Virus record (IMG/VR): IMGVR_UViG_3300048915_000091 | From: a virus | DNA: 44,849 nucleotides | Strand: one strand, 5' to 3' | Part shown: positions 24,954-34,816 of the stretch, one piece after another | Numbering within the stretch: position 1 is the stretch's first letter | Layout: each line of letters starts with the position of its first letter | Notes under the pieces: model-generated | Database searches by the model: none | What the model saw: the letters and a program-made list of their open reading frames with translations, nothing else | What the model was told of the DNA's origin: nothing | Program-made: the position numbers and the translations under genes

Positions 24954-26123
24954 ATGTCGTTTGATATCCTATTGCAAAATCCCGAAACGGAAATAACGGA
25001 ACGTTGGGTTCATTCCAGCGAAACGCTAACGGCTGACAACGGGAAAGAGCAACGGATATCGCTCGCGAGTTTGCCTAAACGATCTTGGTCGGGATCGTTT
25101 TTCTTCAACGATCAAGGGGAAATTCGTCGGCACGTCGCGACTATGTTTCATAAGTTTTCAACTTCGTTCAATTGGCCGCTATGGACCGAACAAACGAAGC
25201 TGAAGGCTGCCGTTGCGATCGGGGCCAATGCCCTGGTTTGCAATACTACGCGGTCGGACCTTCGCGAAGGCGCGCTTGCGATTTTGCTTGAAGGGACGAA
25301 ATACGAAGTCGTAACCGTAAACGCGATAACGTCCGACGGTTTTACGATCGTTGGCACGCTTGCAAACGCCTTCAGTGAACGTGCGCGAGTTTGCCCAATA
25401 GTTCCCGTCTATTCGGCGAGCAATGCGGCCATAATCCGCAAAACTTCGAATGATTATGCCCAGGTCAATTTTTCGTTTTACGAATACGGCTTTCAAGACC
25501 CTTTCCTTACAGAAGCTGCGACGCAAACACTCGAAATGTTCGCCGGTTATCCCGTGTTGAACAAGCGCGCTTTCGGCACTGATTTTCAGGAAACTTTGAT
25601 TACCGGACTTGAAGCGACCGATTACGGCGGGCAGCCGTCGTTGCGCTCGCGTTGGGATAATTCGCAATTTGGCAGGGCGCTTTCGTTCCTCTGCAATCGA
25701 ACTTTCAATCCCGACGATTGGGCATGGTGGAAGACGTTCGCCGACTATTGTCGGGGATCAACGAACCCGTTCTTCATGCCCACATTCAGGCCCGACTTTG
25801 AAATCCATACGGCTGCCGTCGGCGGGGGATCAACGATCGTCATCGCCGACACGGCGTACAGCACCGTTTTTCAGGGCAAGGAAGCCTTCAGCACGATCGC
25901 CATTACCAAACCCGACGGCACGCAACACTTTGCGACCGTGACGGGAGTTACAACCGCCCTGGGGCGCGATACGCTCACCTTTTCCCCGGCTCTGCCCGCT
26001 GGCACTTGGACGGGGCAAACTCTCGGCTTGCTCTTGAAGTGTCGCATTGCCGACGATACAGTTTCGATCTTGCATAGCGCGTCGCATTCGGTTGTGACGA
26101 TCAACCTTCGGACGGTCGACTAA
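24954..26123 (+). CDS. Distal tail protein (GTA gp12 / DUF2460-like)
   Basis: Track ORF directly after the tape measure gene. The N-terminal ...TADNGKEQRISLASLPKRSWSGSF pattern resembles the DUF2460 family. Confidence 0.6.
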   Translation: MSFDILLQNPETEITERWVHSSETLTADNGKEQRISLASLPKRSWSGSFFFNDQGEIRRHVATMFHKFSTSFNWPLWTEQTKLKAAVAIGANALVCNTTRSDLREGALAILLEGTKYEVVTVNAITSDGFTIVGTLANAFSERARVCPIVPVYSASNAAIIRKTSNDYAQVNFSFYEYGFQDPFLTEAATQTLEMFAGYPVLNKRAFGTDFQETLITGLEATDYGGQPSLRSRWDNSQFGRALSFLCNRTFNPDDWAWWKTFADYCRGSTNPFFMPTFRPDFEIHTAAVGGGSTIVIADTAYSTVFQGKEAFSTIAITKPDGTQHFATVTGVTTALGRDTLTFSPALPAGTWTGQTLGLLLKCRIADDTVSILHSASHSVVTINLRTVD

Positions 26124-27406
26124 TGCCAACTTACGAAGACAGCGAAGTTTCGAAGCATGGCGGAAAGCCAATCGAACTTTATCGCTTCGTCGGCACGTAC
26201 CAAAACTTCTATTACACGTCGGGGCAGCGCGTCGTAAACTTTCAAGCGCCGGACGAAGACGCACCGAACGATTATCTTCCGCTTGCGCTAAAGCGTTCCG
26301 CGTTCACGTCGACAACAACCGACGACAGCGACGGCGCCGAAATCACCGTTGATCTTCCGGTTTCAACCGATCTTGTTGCGATATACGGATTTCAAATCTC
26401 GCCGCCTGAACTTGTGTTGACGATCTTTCGCGGCCATACGGCGGGCGAATTCGTTCAAGCTTGGAAAGGCGATGTTGATAACGTATCCGTCGTACGCGGA
26501 ACCGCAACAATTCGCGTTCCTTCGAAACTCGCTTCAGCCTTAAGCGCCGACTTCCCGAACGTCTATTATCAAACGCCGTGCAATCACACCTTGTACGACC
26601 CGCGTTGCGGTATCGACTTTGAAGCTTGGTCGGAAACTGCCGAAATTGCAGCAATTGACGGCAAGTCGATTACGCTGGACACGCTGCCGCCTGAACTTGA
26701 CGGCAACTTGATCGGCGGCGACGCAATCCTTACGTCGGGTGAACGCCGAATGATCGTCGCACAAGTCGACGAAGTTATTACCGTAAACTATCCCTTCGCA
26801 GGGGCTGAAGTCGGCGGTTCGATCGTTGTTGCAGCGGGCTGCGATCTTGCTTGGGCGGGAGATTGCCTTACCCGCTTCGACAACACGAAGCGGCACGGCG
26901 GCTATCCGTTCATTCCGCCGAAGAATATCTTCGCCGATGGCATCGAACCGGGCAAAGACGTTGCAGACGAAGCTTGTTTGCCTGCGATCTTTGACGGCGT
27001 TTATGCGACGCTTTCGATTGAAATTACGGAACCTGGAGATTGGTCGGCGGTTGGCGCCCATCCTTCTTCGGGCTTCAATTTTCCAAACCATTACGCAAAT
27101 CCCGGCGGCGTTCATCTTGATTACATTAACAACGTTTTTCCTTATACGATAGACGAAACAAATTCGCCTGATCCTTACGATTATTTGGACGGGCAAGTGC
27201 TTGTGACAGCAACGCGGGCCGGTAGTACATTTTTGTTTGAATTTCATTATCCGATAAACGAAATTGTGCCTCTAGGTTCTACTTGGGATTACCAATTGAT
27301 AATGGGGCTTTCAAGCGCGCCTAGATACAAATTGCGCTTTACAATGATCGACGGGCGTTCCTATTCGCAGGACGACGTTATTGTTGAAGCAACTTGGACG
27401 CTCTGA
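26123..27406 (+). CDS. Tail hub protein (DUF2163 + BR0599-like) with extra C-terminal domain
   Basis: Track ORF. PIELYRF...YYTSG, YQTPCNHTLYDPRCG and RHGGYPFIP are characteristic of the DUF2163/BR0599 (GTA gp13-like) family. About 155 extra C-terminal aa. Confidence 0.7.
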   Translation: MPTYEDSEVSKHGGKPIELYRFVGTYQNFYYTSGQRVVNFQAPDEDAPNDYLPLALKRSAFTSTTTDDSDGAEITVDLPVSTDLVAIYGFQISPPELVLTIFRGHTAGEFVQAWKGDVDNVSVVRGTATIRVPSKLASALSADFPNVYYQTPCNHTLYDPRCGIDFEAWSETAEIAAIDGKSITLDTLPPELDGNLIGGDAILTSGERRMIVAQVDEVITVNYPFAGAEVGGSIVVAAGCDLAWAGDCLTRFDNTKRHGGYPFIPPKNIFADGIEPGKDVADEACLPAIFDGVYATLSIEITEPGDWSAVGAHPSSGFNFPNHYANPGGVHLDYINNVFPYTIDETNSPDPYDYLDGQVLVTATRAGSTFLFEFHYPINEIVPLGSTWDYQLIMGLSSAPRYKLRFTMIDGRSYSQDDVIVEATWTL

Positions 27407-27409
27407 AAT

Positions 27410-29887
27410 ATGTTCTTCTTCCTCGCCTTTTTCGCGATAGGGTTCATCTTGACGGCGTTTCTCGCGCCGAAGATGAAGGTCGAAAACGCTAAAGCCGCAG
27501 GGCTTGACGAATTCAAGTTTCCGCGATCGGAAGAAGGTTCGCCGGTCGGGCGCTTTTACGGAACGCTAAAGCTTCTTTCGCCGAATACGATCGCGATTAC
27601 GGGCTATCGTGCGGTTCCGATCAAAAAGAAGGTCAAGACGGGGCTTTTCAGTTCGAAAACGATCATTACCGGATATAGATACTATCTCACGGTTGATCTT
27701 GCTTGGGCGCTTGGACCGGGCGTCGTTTACCGCAAAATGTGGTTCGGCAATAATCTAGTGTGGGCAGGCTGCTTATACGACAGCACCTGCCTTAACGTAA
27801 TCCCTATCAATCTTCCTGAATTATACGGCGGTTCGGACGACGGCAATCGCGGCGGTATATTCGGCGATGTTGCAATGTATTGCGGCGACTTCGATCAAGA
27901 TCGCGACGAATATCTAGTTGCAAATATGGACCCGAACGTTCCGGCGTACGTCGGCGTCGCGCACATGGTATTCCGCGATTTTTGGTGGGGCAACTCGCCT
28001 TCGATCGATACCGTCGCCGTTGAAGGCGCTTACTTCGTCAACAGCCTAGGGGTTTCAGCCGGGCGCCATATCATGCCCAACGGCCTTGATATGAACCCGG
28101 TTTGCGTACTGTACGATATTCTTTGCGAGGATTGGGGAAATCTCGGTTATGATCCGGCTCGCATTAACGTTACCCAATGGCGCGAAATTGCGATTAAAAT
28201 CTTCGACGAAAACAATGGCATATCGATTTCGATTGCAAGCGCGACCGAAGCAAAGGACGCCGTGAAAACAATATTGCGGCAAATCAATGCGGTTGTTTAC
28301 GAAGATCAATCGACAGGGCTTGCTAATCTGAAGCTTCTTCGCAACGATTATACGATTGCAGAATTGCCGGTTATTGGCCCCGATCAAGTTATCGAAGTTC
28401 GCAAGTTCACTAAAAAGCTTTGGGCTGAAACGAACAACGTTGTTCGCGTCAAATATACCGATCGTGAAGGCGGCTACGCACAAGGCAAGCTTGCAACCGC
28501 AAAAGACAGTTCGCTTCTCCGCTTTCAAGGCAAGCAGCGCCCTCTCGAAATTAATATGCCAGGTATCTTCGTTTCGGACCTTGCCAACGCTATCGCAGCG
28601 CGCGAGTTGTCAAACCTGAACATTCCGCTTTATTCGGCTGAACTCACGTTGAACCGCGAAGCCGTTACGCTTCGCCCCGGCGACGCTTTCGTTTTCCATT
28701 GGCCGGAATACGGCTTTGAACAAATAGTTATGCGCGCCAAGCGTCCGAACTTCGGAACGCTTGAAAGCGGCTCGATTTCGATAAGCGCAGTTCAGGACGA
28801 ATTTTCGCTAGACACTACAGTCGTTAGCGCGCCGCCGATTTCAGGCTATGTTCCGACAACGCTTGCGCCGGTTGACGTTTCGACCTTCTATATTTTCGAA
28901 CTTCCCGCGTTCCTTGATTATAAATCAAGCTTGGGAACGCGCGTCGGCTATACTCGCTTCGCTTCATTCGTGCTTGCGCCTTCGTCGTACACCCTTGGTT
29001 ATAACGCATACATTGAAGAAACGCCCGACGACGTTGAAGTTTTGTCGTTGGCGCCTTACACGCCTAGCGCCAAGCTTGCGGCGCCGCTTGGGCGCTTTGA
29101 CGGCTTTGCGACAGGCATTGCCGACGCGATCACGATCAAGGAAGTTTCGGACGTTGGCGCGCTGGCCCTAGGGGATAGTGAGCGCCAAGGCGGCGGTTTG
29201 ATCGTCATCGGTAACGAAATTCTTTCGTATTCGTCGTCGACCGATAACGGGGACGATACATATGATTTGAACGATGTTCGCCGGGCGATGATCGATACCG
29301 GATGGTTTGCCCACAATACCGACGATCGCGTTTGGTTCTTCAACGGGGCTGAAGGCTTCTTTGAAAGCGACACGCTAACCGGCGATATAGCGAGCGTCTA
29401 TTTCATCGATCGGACTGCCACGGGCCGCAGCGCCGTTGCCGATGCCACGGTGACGCCAGAAACGGCCTTGGGAAGGGTAGAACGGGTTATCGCGCCCGAT
29501 TGGGCAACTGCCGACGGGGACCGTACCCCTTGGCGGATTTTCGACCCTGGGGACGTGGTTTCGATCGATGCCCGCGCCCGCTCGCGCTTGGACCTTACCG
29601 AACTATGGTTTGAAGACGACGCGGCGTCGACGGCTGAAGCTGGCACGACTTACCGCATATCGTTCGAAGTCGAAGACGTGACGACGGTTGTTGCCGACGA
29701 TGAAGCTTTGCCGTATAGCTTGACGATAACGGAAGATATGGGCGGTTACTGCATTATTCACATCGAAGCCAAAAAAGGCGGCTTGTATTCGATCGCATCA
29801 ACCCCGATGCCGATTTTCGTAAATAGCGCGGCTTTGATCGTAGATAGTGAAATAGTTCGCATCGATGGCGAAAGGATCGATTTCTAA
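27410..29887 (+). CDS. Host specificity / central tail tip protein (gpJ / GTA gp15-like)
   Basis: Track ORF of 825 aa, after the hub protein. N-terminal TM-like FFFLAFFAIGFILTAF. Confidence 0.75.
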   Translation: MFFFLAFFAIGFILTAFLAPKMKVENAKAAGLDEFKFPRSEEGSPVGRFYGTLKLLSPNTIAITGYRAVPIKKKVKTGLFSSKTIITGYRYYLTVDLAWALGPGVVYRKMWFGNNLVWAGCLYDSTCLNVIPINLPELYGGSDDGNRGGIFGDVAMYCGDFDQDRDEYLVANMDPNVPAYVGVAHMVFRDFWWGNSPSIDTVAVEGAYFVNSLGVSAGRHIMPNGLDMNPVCVLYDILCEDWGNLGYDPARINVTQWREIAIKIFDENNGISISIASATEAKDAVKTILRQINAVVYEDQSTGLANLKLLRNDYTIAELPVIGPDQVIEVRKFTKKLWAETNNVVRVKYTDREGGYAQGKLATAKDSSLLRFQGKQRPLEINMPGIFVSDLANAIAARELSNLNIPLYSAELTLNREAVTLRPGDAFVFHWPEYGFEQIVMRAKRPNFGTLESGSISISAVQDEFSLDTTVVSAPPISGYVPTTLAPVDVSTFYIFELPAFLDYKSSLGTRVGYTRFASFVLAPSSYTLGYNAYIEETPDDVEVLSLAPYTPSAKLAAPLGRFDGFATGIADAITIKEVSDVGALALGDSERQGGGLIVIGNEILSYSSSTDNGDDTYDLNDVRRAMIDTGWFAHNTDDRVWFFNGAEGFFESDTLTGDIASVYFIDRTATGRSAVADATVTPETALGRVERVIAPDWATADGDRTPWRIFDPGDVVSIDARARSRLDLTELWFEDDAASTAEAGTTYRISFEVEDVTTVVADDEALPYSLTITEDMGGYCIIHIEAKKGGLYSIASTPMPIFVNSAALIVDSEIVRIDGERIDF

Positions 29888-31548
29888 TGACCGAACTTAC
29901 AACCGCAACCGCCCTTGATATTCTTGAAGACGGTGATCTTATCGCAGTTCGCAAGGCGGGCGCGTCGGGCGTTAAGAAGGGAACCGCAAGCCAACTTCGC
30001 GACTATATCCTTTCAAACCTGAAATGGAAAAACCCTGTTCGCGCCAAGACGACGGCGGCACTCGCTGCAAACACTTACTCTAACGGTGCAAGCGGCGTAG
30101 GCGCAACGCTAACCGGAAATGCGAACGGCGCGCTTGCCGCGCAAGACGGCGTAACGCTGGTTGCAAACGATCGCTTGCTTGTCGCGGACGAAGGAACCGG
30201 ATCGCACAACGGCATTTACACCGTAACCCAAGTTGGCGACGGTTCACACCCTTACATCCTAACGCGTGCTGCCGATGCCGATCAAGCGAGCGAACTTGTT
30301 AGCGCCGCCGTGAAGGTTAGCGAAGGCTCTACCCAGGCGGATAACGAATATTCATGCACGACGGATGGACCGTTGACGATCGGCACAACCGCGCTTGTAT
30401 GGGGCGTCCTGTCTAGCGGCGGAAGCTTGGCCAGCACGACCGAACAGCTTGCCGGAACCGACGCTTCGAAAAGGTCGACGCCTGACAGCGTTGCTGCATT
30501 GTGGGAAAAAGGCGCCGACGTTGCCAGTTCAGGCACGCTTACCGTAGGCGAAGGCGGTTATTTTCACATCACCGGCACGACGGCGATTACGGCGCTCGCG
30601 TTGTCGGTCGATAAGGCCGGGCGCAAGGTTTGGCTGAAGTTCGACGGCGCTTTGACGCTAACGCATAATGCGACAAGCTTGATCCTTCCGACGGGAGCGA
30701 ACATCGCGACGGCGGCGGGGGATATTGCGGGCTTCGTATCCGAAGGTTCGGGCAATTTCCGTTGTTTCGTTTATCAGCGGGCGGACGGCACGGCCTTGGC
30801 TTCGTCCGGTGGAGGCGGTTCCGCGCTTACAGTTAAGGACGAAGGCACAGACCTTGACACGGCGGTTACGTCTTTCGACTTTGTTGGCGCTGGCGTCACT
30901 ACCACAAATTCGGGCCATGCGGTTACTGTAACTATTCCGGGCGGCGGTGGAACTGCTTGGGACTTCTCGCCTCCCGCTGCAAGTTATTTTACTCTACAGT
31001 CAAGTGATGCAACACAGCTAACGTTAACCGATGATGCAGACGTAGGCCTATTGATTGACCCCGGCGCGCTAAGTTCGAATTGTGTTAGAATGGCGCGCAA
31101 ATCTCTAACGACTAAAGCGTCCGCGTGGGATTTAAAAGCCAAGATAAAAGGCGTCACTACGACAGACTCATACTCCGATTACGGGATTATGGTCCGTGAC
31201 AGTATTGGCGGAAAATATTATCGATTGGCAGTGGCAAGTAATGCTCCGCTAGGAGTTTCGCATTTTTCCGGGTACAATACATTCGTCGGGACTGACTACG
31301 GCACGGGAACGTTGCAACTAACAGGTATCCCGTTACAATGGTTTCGGATTGCCTTCGACGGAACCAATCTTGTGTTTTATACTTCTGCTGAAGGCAAGCT
31401 ATGGACTTCGTTGTGTTCGGTAACTTATGCTAGTTATCTTGGAGTACAGCCGGACCAAGTTATGCTATATGCGAGTTACCTGCGCACTACTGGACAAAAA
31501 TTGGTAATGTCGTGCCCTTACTGGTCGCTGACAGGGCCTGGCGTGTAA
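29887..31548 (+). CDS. Tail fibre / receptor-binding protein
   Basis: Track ORF of 553 aa and the last gene of the tail operon. Gly/Thr/Ala-rich shaft. The C-terminal about 200 aa is compositionally distinct and LamG/ConA-like (WFRIAFDGTNLVFYTSAEGKLW). Confidence 0.7.
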   Translation: MTELTTATALDILEDGDLIAVRKAGASGVKKGTASQLRDYILSNLKWKNPVRAKTTAALAANTYSNGASGVGATLTGNANGALAAQDGVTLVANDRLLVADEGTGSHNGIYTVTQVGDGSHPYILTRAADADQASELVSAAVKVSEGSTQADNEYSCTTDGPLTIGTTALVWGVLSSGGSLASTTEQLAGTDASKRSTPDSVAALWEKGADVASSGTLTVGEGGYFHITGTTAITALALSVDKAGRKVWLKFDGALTLTHNATSLILPTGANIATAAGDIAGFVSEGSGNFRCFVYQRADGTALASSGGGGSALTVKDEGTDLDTAVTSFDFVGAGVTTTNSGHAVTVTIPGGGGTAWDFSPPAASYFTLQSSDATQLTLTDDADVGLLIDPGALSSNCVRMARKSLTTKASAWDLKAKIKGVTTTDSYSDYGIMVRDSIGGKYYRLAVASNAPLGVSHFSGYNTFVGTDYGTGTLQLTGIPLQWFRIAFDGTNLVFYTSAEGKLWTSLCSVTYASYLGVQPDQVMLYASYLRTTGQKLVMSCPYWSLTGPGV

Positions 31549-31575
31549 AATTCGACAATTGCGAAGCAAAGCAGG

Positions 31576-33537
31576 TTAGAAAAGCCCGCCTTGTTTCGTC
31601 GAACCGAAATACCCTAGATCGCCAAGCATTCCGAAAGCCCGATCGATGTAGTATTCATATGCGATATCGGTCGGGCATTCGTCGGGCAGTTCCATAAGAG
31701 GGCAAGCGCCTTCAGAATTCGGAACCTTGTTGCCGGTTGCGATATAGTTGATTACGCCTTGCACGCCTTGCGCATAGTACCAACGAATTGTTTTGCCTAG
31801 AAAATAGCCGTCTTTATGCGCGCCGCCTCGCACGTTGCGAACGACGACAAAGCGGCGGATATCCTGGCACGCGCGAACCGTCTTTTCGATCGGCGTTCCC
31901 TTCGACAAGAAAGCCTGCACCGCGTCCGAACATATTAACGCTTCGGGGTTTTTCGACATTGCGGAATTTTGGGCCGAACCGCGTTCGGAATACGCGCCCT
32001 TTGCCTTCGTCGAACCGTCTTCCTTGATCGCGATATAATTGTTCACGTCGCGCGAGTAAACGGCGGCGTAACGCGTTTCTTCAGTCTGAAGCGACGTTAT
32101 GCGCTCCCATTCGGCGATAACAGCGCCTAACATATTGCCCATGCGCTTAGGGCACTTGATAATAACGCCGTCGGTATTAGCCGACACGATCGGAATTCCT
32201 GCCGCTTCGATCATTTCGATTAGCTTTAGGATAACAAGCTGGCCCGTTATCGTAACCTGAATTAGAAGATCGGGCGAGAAGATTGACGAATAGAACGACC
32301 CTAGCTTGCCGAAGATGCCGTTAATCGCGATCTTCAATCCTGCCTCTAGCTTGTCCTTCAGCTTCTTCAGTTCCATTCGACGAAGAACAAGCCCGTCGCG
32401 GAAGATTTCAATAAACAGCTTGCCGATATGCTTCGGAAAGAAACCCGAATTGATTATAAGCCAAGGGTAAAACGATACAACGTCGCGGTCGATTAGATCG
32501 GTTTCGTCATCGGCTTTGTGAACTGCCGTCTTCTCGCTGGAATGAAGCCCTCCCATGCCCATTTTATAGACGCAAGAGCCAATCCGTATCGACAGCTTGG
32601 ACAGGGCTTCAGGCATGACCGGGGCGCCGCTGCCGTCCAGCCTAAAGGGGACGGCCTGGACAATCCGCAAGGCTTCCTGAAGCTGTGGATTGTCAAACGA
32701 CAGATATTCCGGCGGCTGATAGAAGAATTCGTAATCGTCCGGCAAATCCGGCTTCTTCGGCGAGAAGCCGCGCGCTTCGCGTATCTTCGCGTTAATGAAC
32801 GCTTCGCCCACCTGGGCATCGGATTTCGAACGGATATCCTGATTGATTTCGGCGCCCAACCGCTCGCGCAATTCGACATGCGGCTTTAGCCCGTATGTGG
32901 GGTGCGAGTATAAAAGTTCGGTATTATCAAGATCGTTGAAACAATAATCTCGCGTATCAATCACGTCTTGCGGCGACAAATCCGAATGCGGATCGATCGG
33001 CAATTCCTGCATTCGCTTGCAATGAAGCCGGGCAGCATAAAGCTTCAACGAACCTTCAAGCGGTGCGACTTCGATCAAGTCGATATGATTGTACGGCGCC
33101 CGCCAATTCGCCTTGCGTTCGTCGCGAATGATTATGTCGTCGCTAAGTTCCTTCAGTTCGTACAGCGTCGCACCTTTGCAAGCCGCTTCGATCATCGGGA
33201 TATCGTACGAAATCGAGTTAAACCCGATAATCTTGAACCAATGCAACGCCCTATGCAGTTCGGTTCGCATCCATTCGGGAAGCGGACCTTCGCCGCAGTG
33301 TTCGACGTAAAAATATTCTCCGGTTCCAATGTTCTTAAAGGCGCAAAGGAAGTAGTTTCGATAACATTCAACGTCGAAAACGACTTCGGTTCCGACAGAA
33401 TAATTCCACGGCGAAACGCTGAACTTGCGCAAAACCGGCGAGTACGACAGGCGCTTTAGAACGCCGTCGTATCGCTTGGCTTTGCGCTTCGTCGGAAGCG
33501 GCGCGTAATCGTCTAACGTTGAATTGTCAAAGAACAT
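31576..33537 (-). CDS. DNA polymerase with 3-5 exonuclease, family-B-like motifs
   Basis: Track ORF of 653 aa. Exo motifs are FDVECY, GFNSISYDIPMI and YCFNDLDNT. Pol motifs are DVVSFYPWLI (DxxSLYPS-like), KIAINGIFGKLG (KxxxNSxYG-like) and SANTDGV (DTD-like). The C-terminus is KQGGLF. Confidence 0.85.
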   Translation of the reverse strand: MFFDNSTLDDYAPLPTKRKAKRYDGVLKRLSYSPVLRKFSVSPWNYSVGTEVVFDVECYRNYFLCAFKNIGTGEYFYVEHCGEGPLPEWMRTELHRALHWFKIIGFNSISYDIPMIEAACKGATLYELKELSDDIIIRDERKANWRAPYNHIDLIEVAPLEGSLKLYAARLHCKRMQELPIDPHSDLSPQDVIDTRDYCFNDLDNTELLYSHPTYGLKPHVELRERLGAEINQDIRSKSDAQVGEAFINAKIREARGFSPKKPDLPDDYEFFYQPPEYLSFDNPQLQEALRIVQAVPFRLDGSGAPVMPEALSKLSIRIGSCVYKMGMGGLHSSEKTAVHKADDETDLIDRDVVSFYPWLIINSGFFPKHIGKLFIEIFRDGLVLRRMELKKLKDKLEAGLKIAINGIFGKLGSFYSSIFSPDLLIQVTITGQLVILKLIEMIEAAGIPIVSANTDGVIIKCPKRMGNMLGAVIAEWERITSLQTEETRYAAVYSRDVNNYIAIKEDGSTKAKGAYSERGSAQNSAMSKNPEALICSDAVQAFLSKGTPIEKTVRACQDIRRFVVVRNVRGGAHKDGYFLGKTIRWYYAQGVQGVINYIATGNKVPNSEGACPLMELPDECPTDIAYEYYIDRAFGMLGDLGYFGSTKQGGLF

Positions 33538-33546
33538 AACGAAGCC

Positions 33547-34815
33547 TTAGAACGGCACGTCGTCATCGTCAATATCAACGAAGCCGGGGACCGTGCCCAC
33601 GATAGCCGCCCAAGGGTTCGCCGGATCGCCCGCCGGGGCTTCAGCGGTCGACGGTTCGGGAACGCCCCAGGTGCCCGCCTGAACGCCGCTGCGCAGGGAT
33701 GCGAAGGCTTCGCCGACTTGCTCCCCCGTCGCGCCTTCGGGCAGCGTCCAAGCCGCCACGACGGCAGGCGGTTCCGGGGCAGGCTCGCGCGCTTCGGCCC
33801 GCGCCTTCATAATGCAGCCGCGAAGGCTTCCGGTTTCGTCGAAGAAAAACGCGCGATCGTCATTCGACGTGTAATCAAGTTGGGCGCAAACGGGTTCGAT
33901 TGATCGGAACAGCTTCGCCGTGAACGAATGCCCTTTTTGCAAACCCGGAACGTCAAACGTCGCGCCGTAAACCGGGCTTCCGAAGTCTTGGTACTTGTCG
34001 TACGTCGACTTAACCTTTTCGTCGTGGAAGTGGATAAGCCCGTCTTTGCTGAAGCTTTCCACGGCCTTGACGGCTTCGAACAATCCTTCTGGCACCGGGG
34101 CCGGATAAGCGGGATAATTGAAAAGGTGCGAAGTTTCCGGCCATTTGTCGCCGTACTGTTGCGTTTTATACCAAGAGCCGTCTTCGAAATAGAACGTAAC
34201 CGACTTGTTCGAGAAGCCGAAGCCTTCAAGCTTCTTTCCGCAACCCGCCACGGCTGCCGCGAACGTCTTTGGGATCACAAGCCCCGGCGGAAGGTCAATG
34301 CCGTGCCAATATTCGAAGATTACCTTACCGTTCGTCGAAGTCATCGAATTAGCTTGAAGCAACACCGACACTTCAACAACGCGCTCGCCTTCGTTGTCGA
34401 TAAGCGGCAACAGCCGGGCGAACCCGTCCTTCAGCCGATCGTCAATCGCAGCGCACCGGGGATCGGGCATCGCCTGGGGGATTTGATCGCCCGCAAGGCA
34501 AGGAACCGTCGCGCGAATACGATCGCCTTTGACTAGCAGCGTACCGTTTTCGTTTTCGGTTAGCGCGAGCGTCGAACCGGCCCGGTTCAAGGCGTCGATA
34601 AAGCGCCCGATATGTGGGCAAAGGGCAAGTTCTTCTTCGACGCTATGCCCGGCGGAAAATACGCCGTCGGTTGCGGTTATCATCTTGCCAGCTAGGCGAG
34701 CGTGCGCCTTGTACGCTTCTTCGCCGTCTTTGTACGCGGGCGCAATGAAGTTCAACGCTTCGGCGAGTTTCGACGCCGCTTCGGATTTTGCCTTGCGGCT
34801 TGGACGCTTTGCCAT
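33547..34815 (-). CDS. DnaN-like sliding clamp fused to an SSB-type linker and acidic tip
   Basis: Track ORF of 422 aa. MITATDGVFSAG, LLVKGDRIRATVPCLAGDQIP, TSTNGKVIFEYW, LVIPKTFAAAV and WYKTQQYGDKWPETSHLF parallel E. coli DnaN segments. The C-terminus is ...VDIDDDDVPF. Confidence 0.6.
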   Translation of the reverse strand: MAKRPSRKAKSEAASKLAEALNFIAPAYKDGEEAYKAHARLAGKMITATDGVFSAGHSVEEELALCPHIGRFIDALNRAGSTLALTENENGTLLVKGDRIRATVPCLAGDQIPQAMPDPRCAAIDDRLKDGFARLLPLIDNEGERVVEVSVLLQANSMTSTNGKVIFEYWHGIDLPPGLVIPKTFAAAVAGCGKKLEGFGFSNKSVTFYFEDGSWYKTQQYGDKWPETSHLFNYPAYPAPVPEGLFEAVKAVESFSKDGLIHFHDEKVKSTYDKYQDFGSPVYGATFDVPGLQKGHSFTAKLFRSIEPVCAQLDYTSNDDRAFFFDETGSLRGCIMKARAEAREPAPEPPAVVAAWTLPEGATGEQVGEAFASLRSGVQAGTWGVPEPSTAEAPAGDPANPWAAIVGTVPGFVDIDDDDVPF

Positions 34816-34816
34816 T

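Noticed and set aside
31549-31575. Expected bidirectional terminator where the rightward tail operon and the leftward polymerase gene converge.
   Set aside because: The 27-nt gap contains no stable inverted repeat or T-tract that I could see, so termination signals here remain unidentified.
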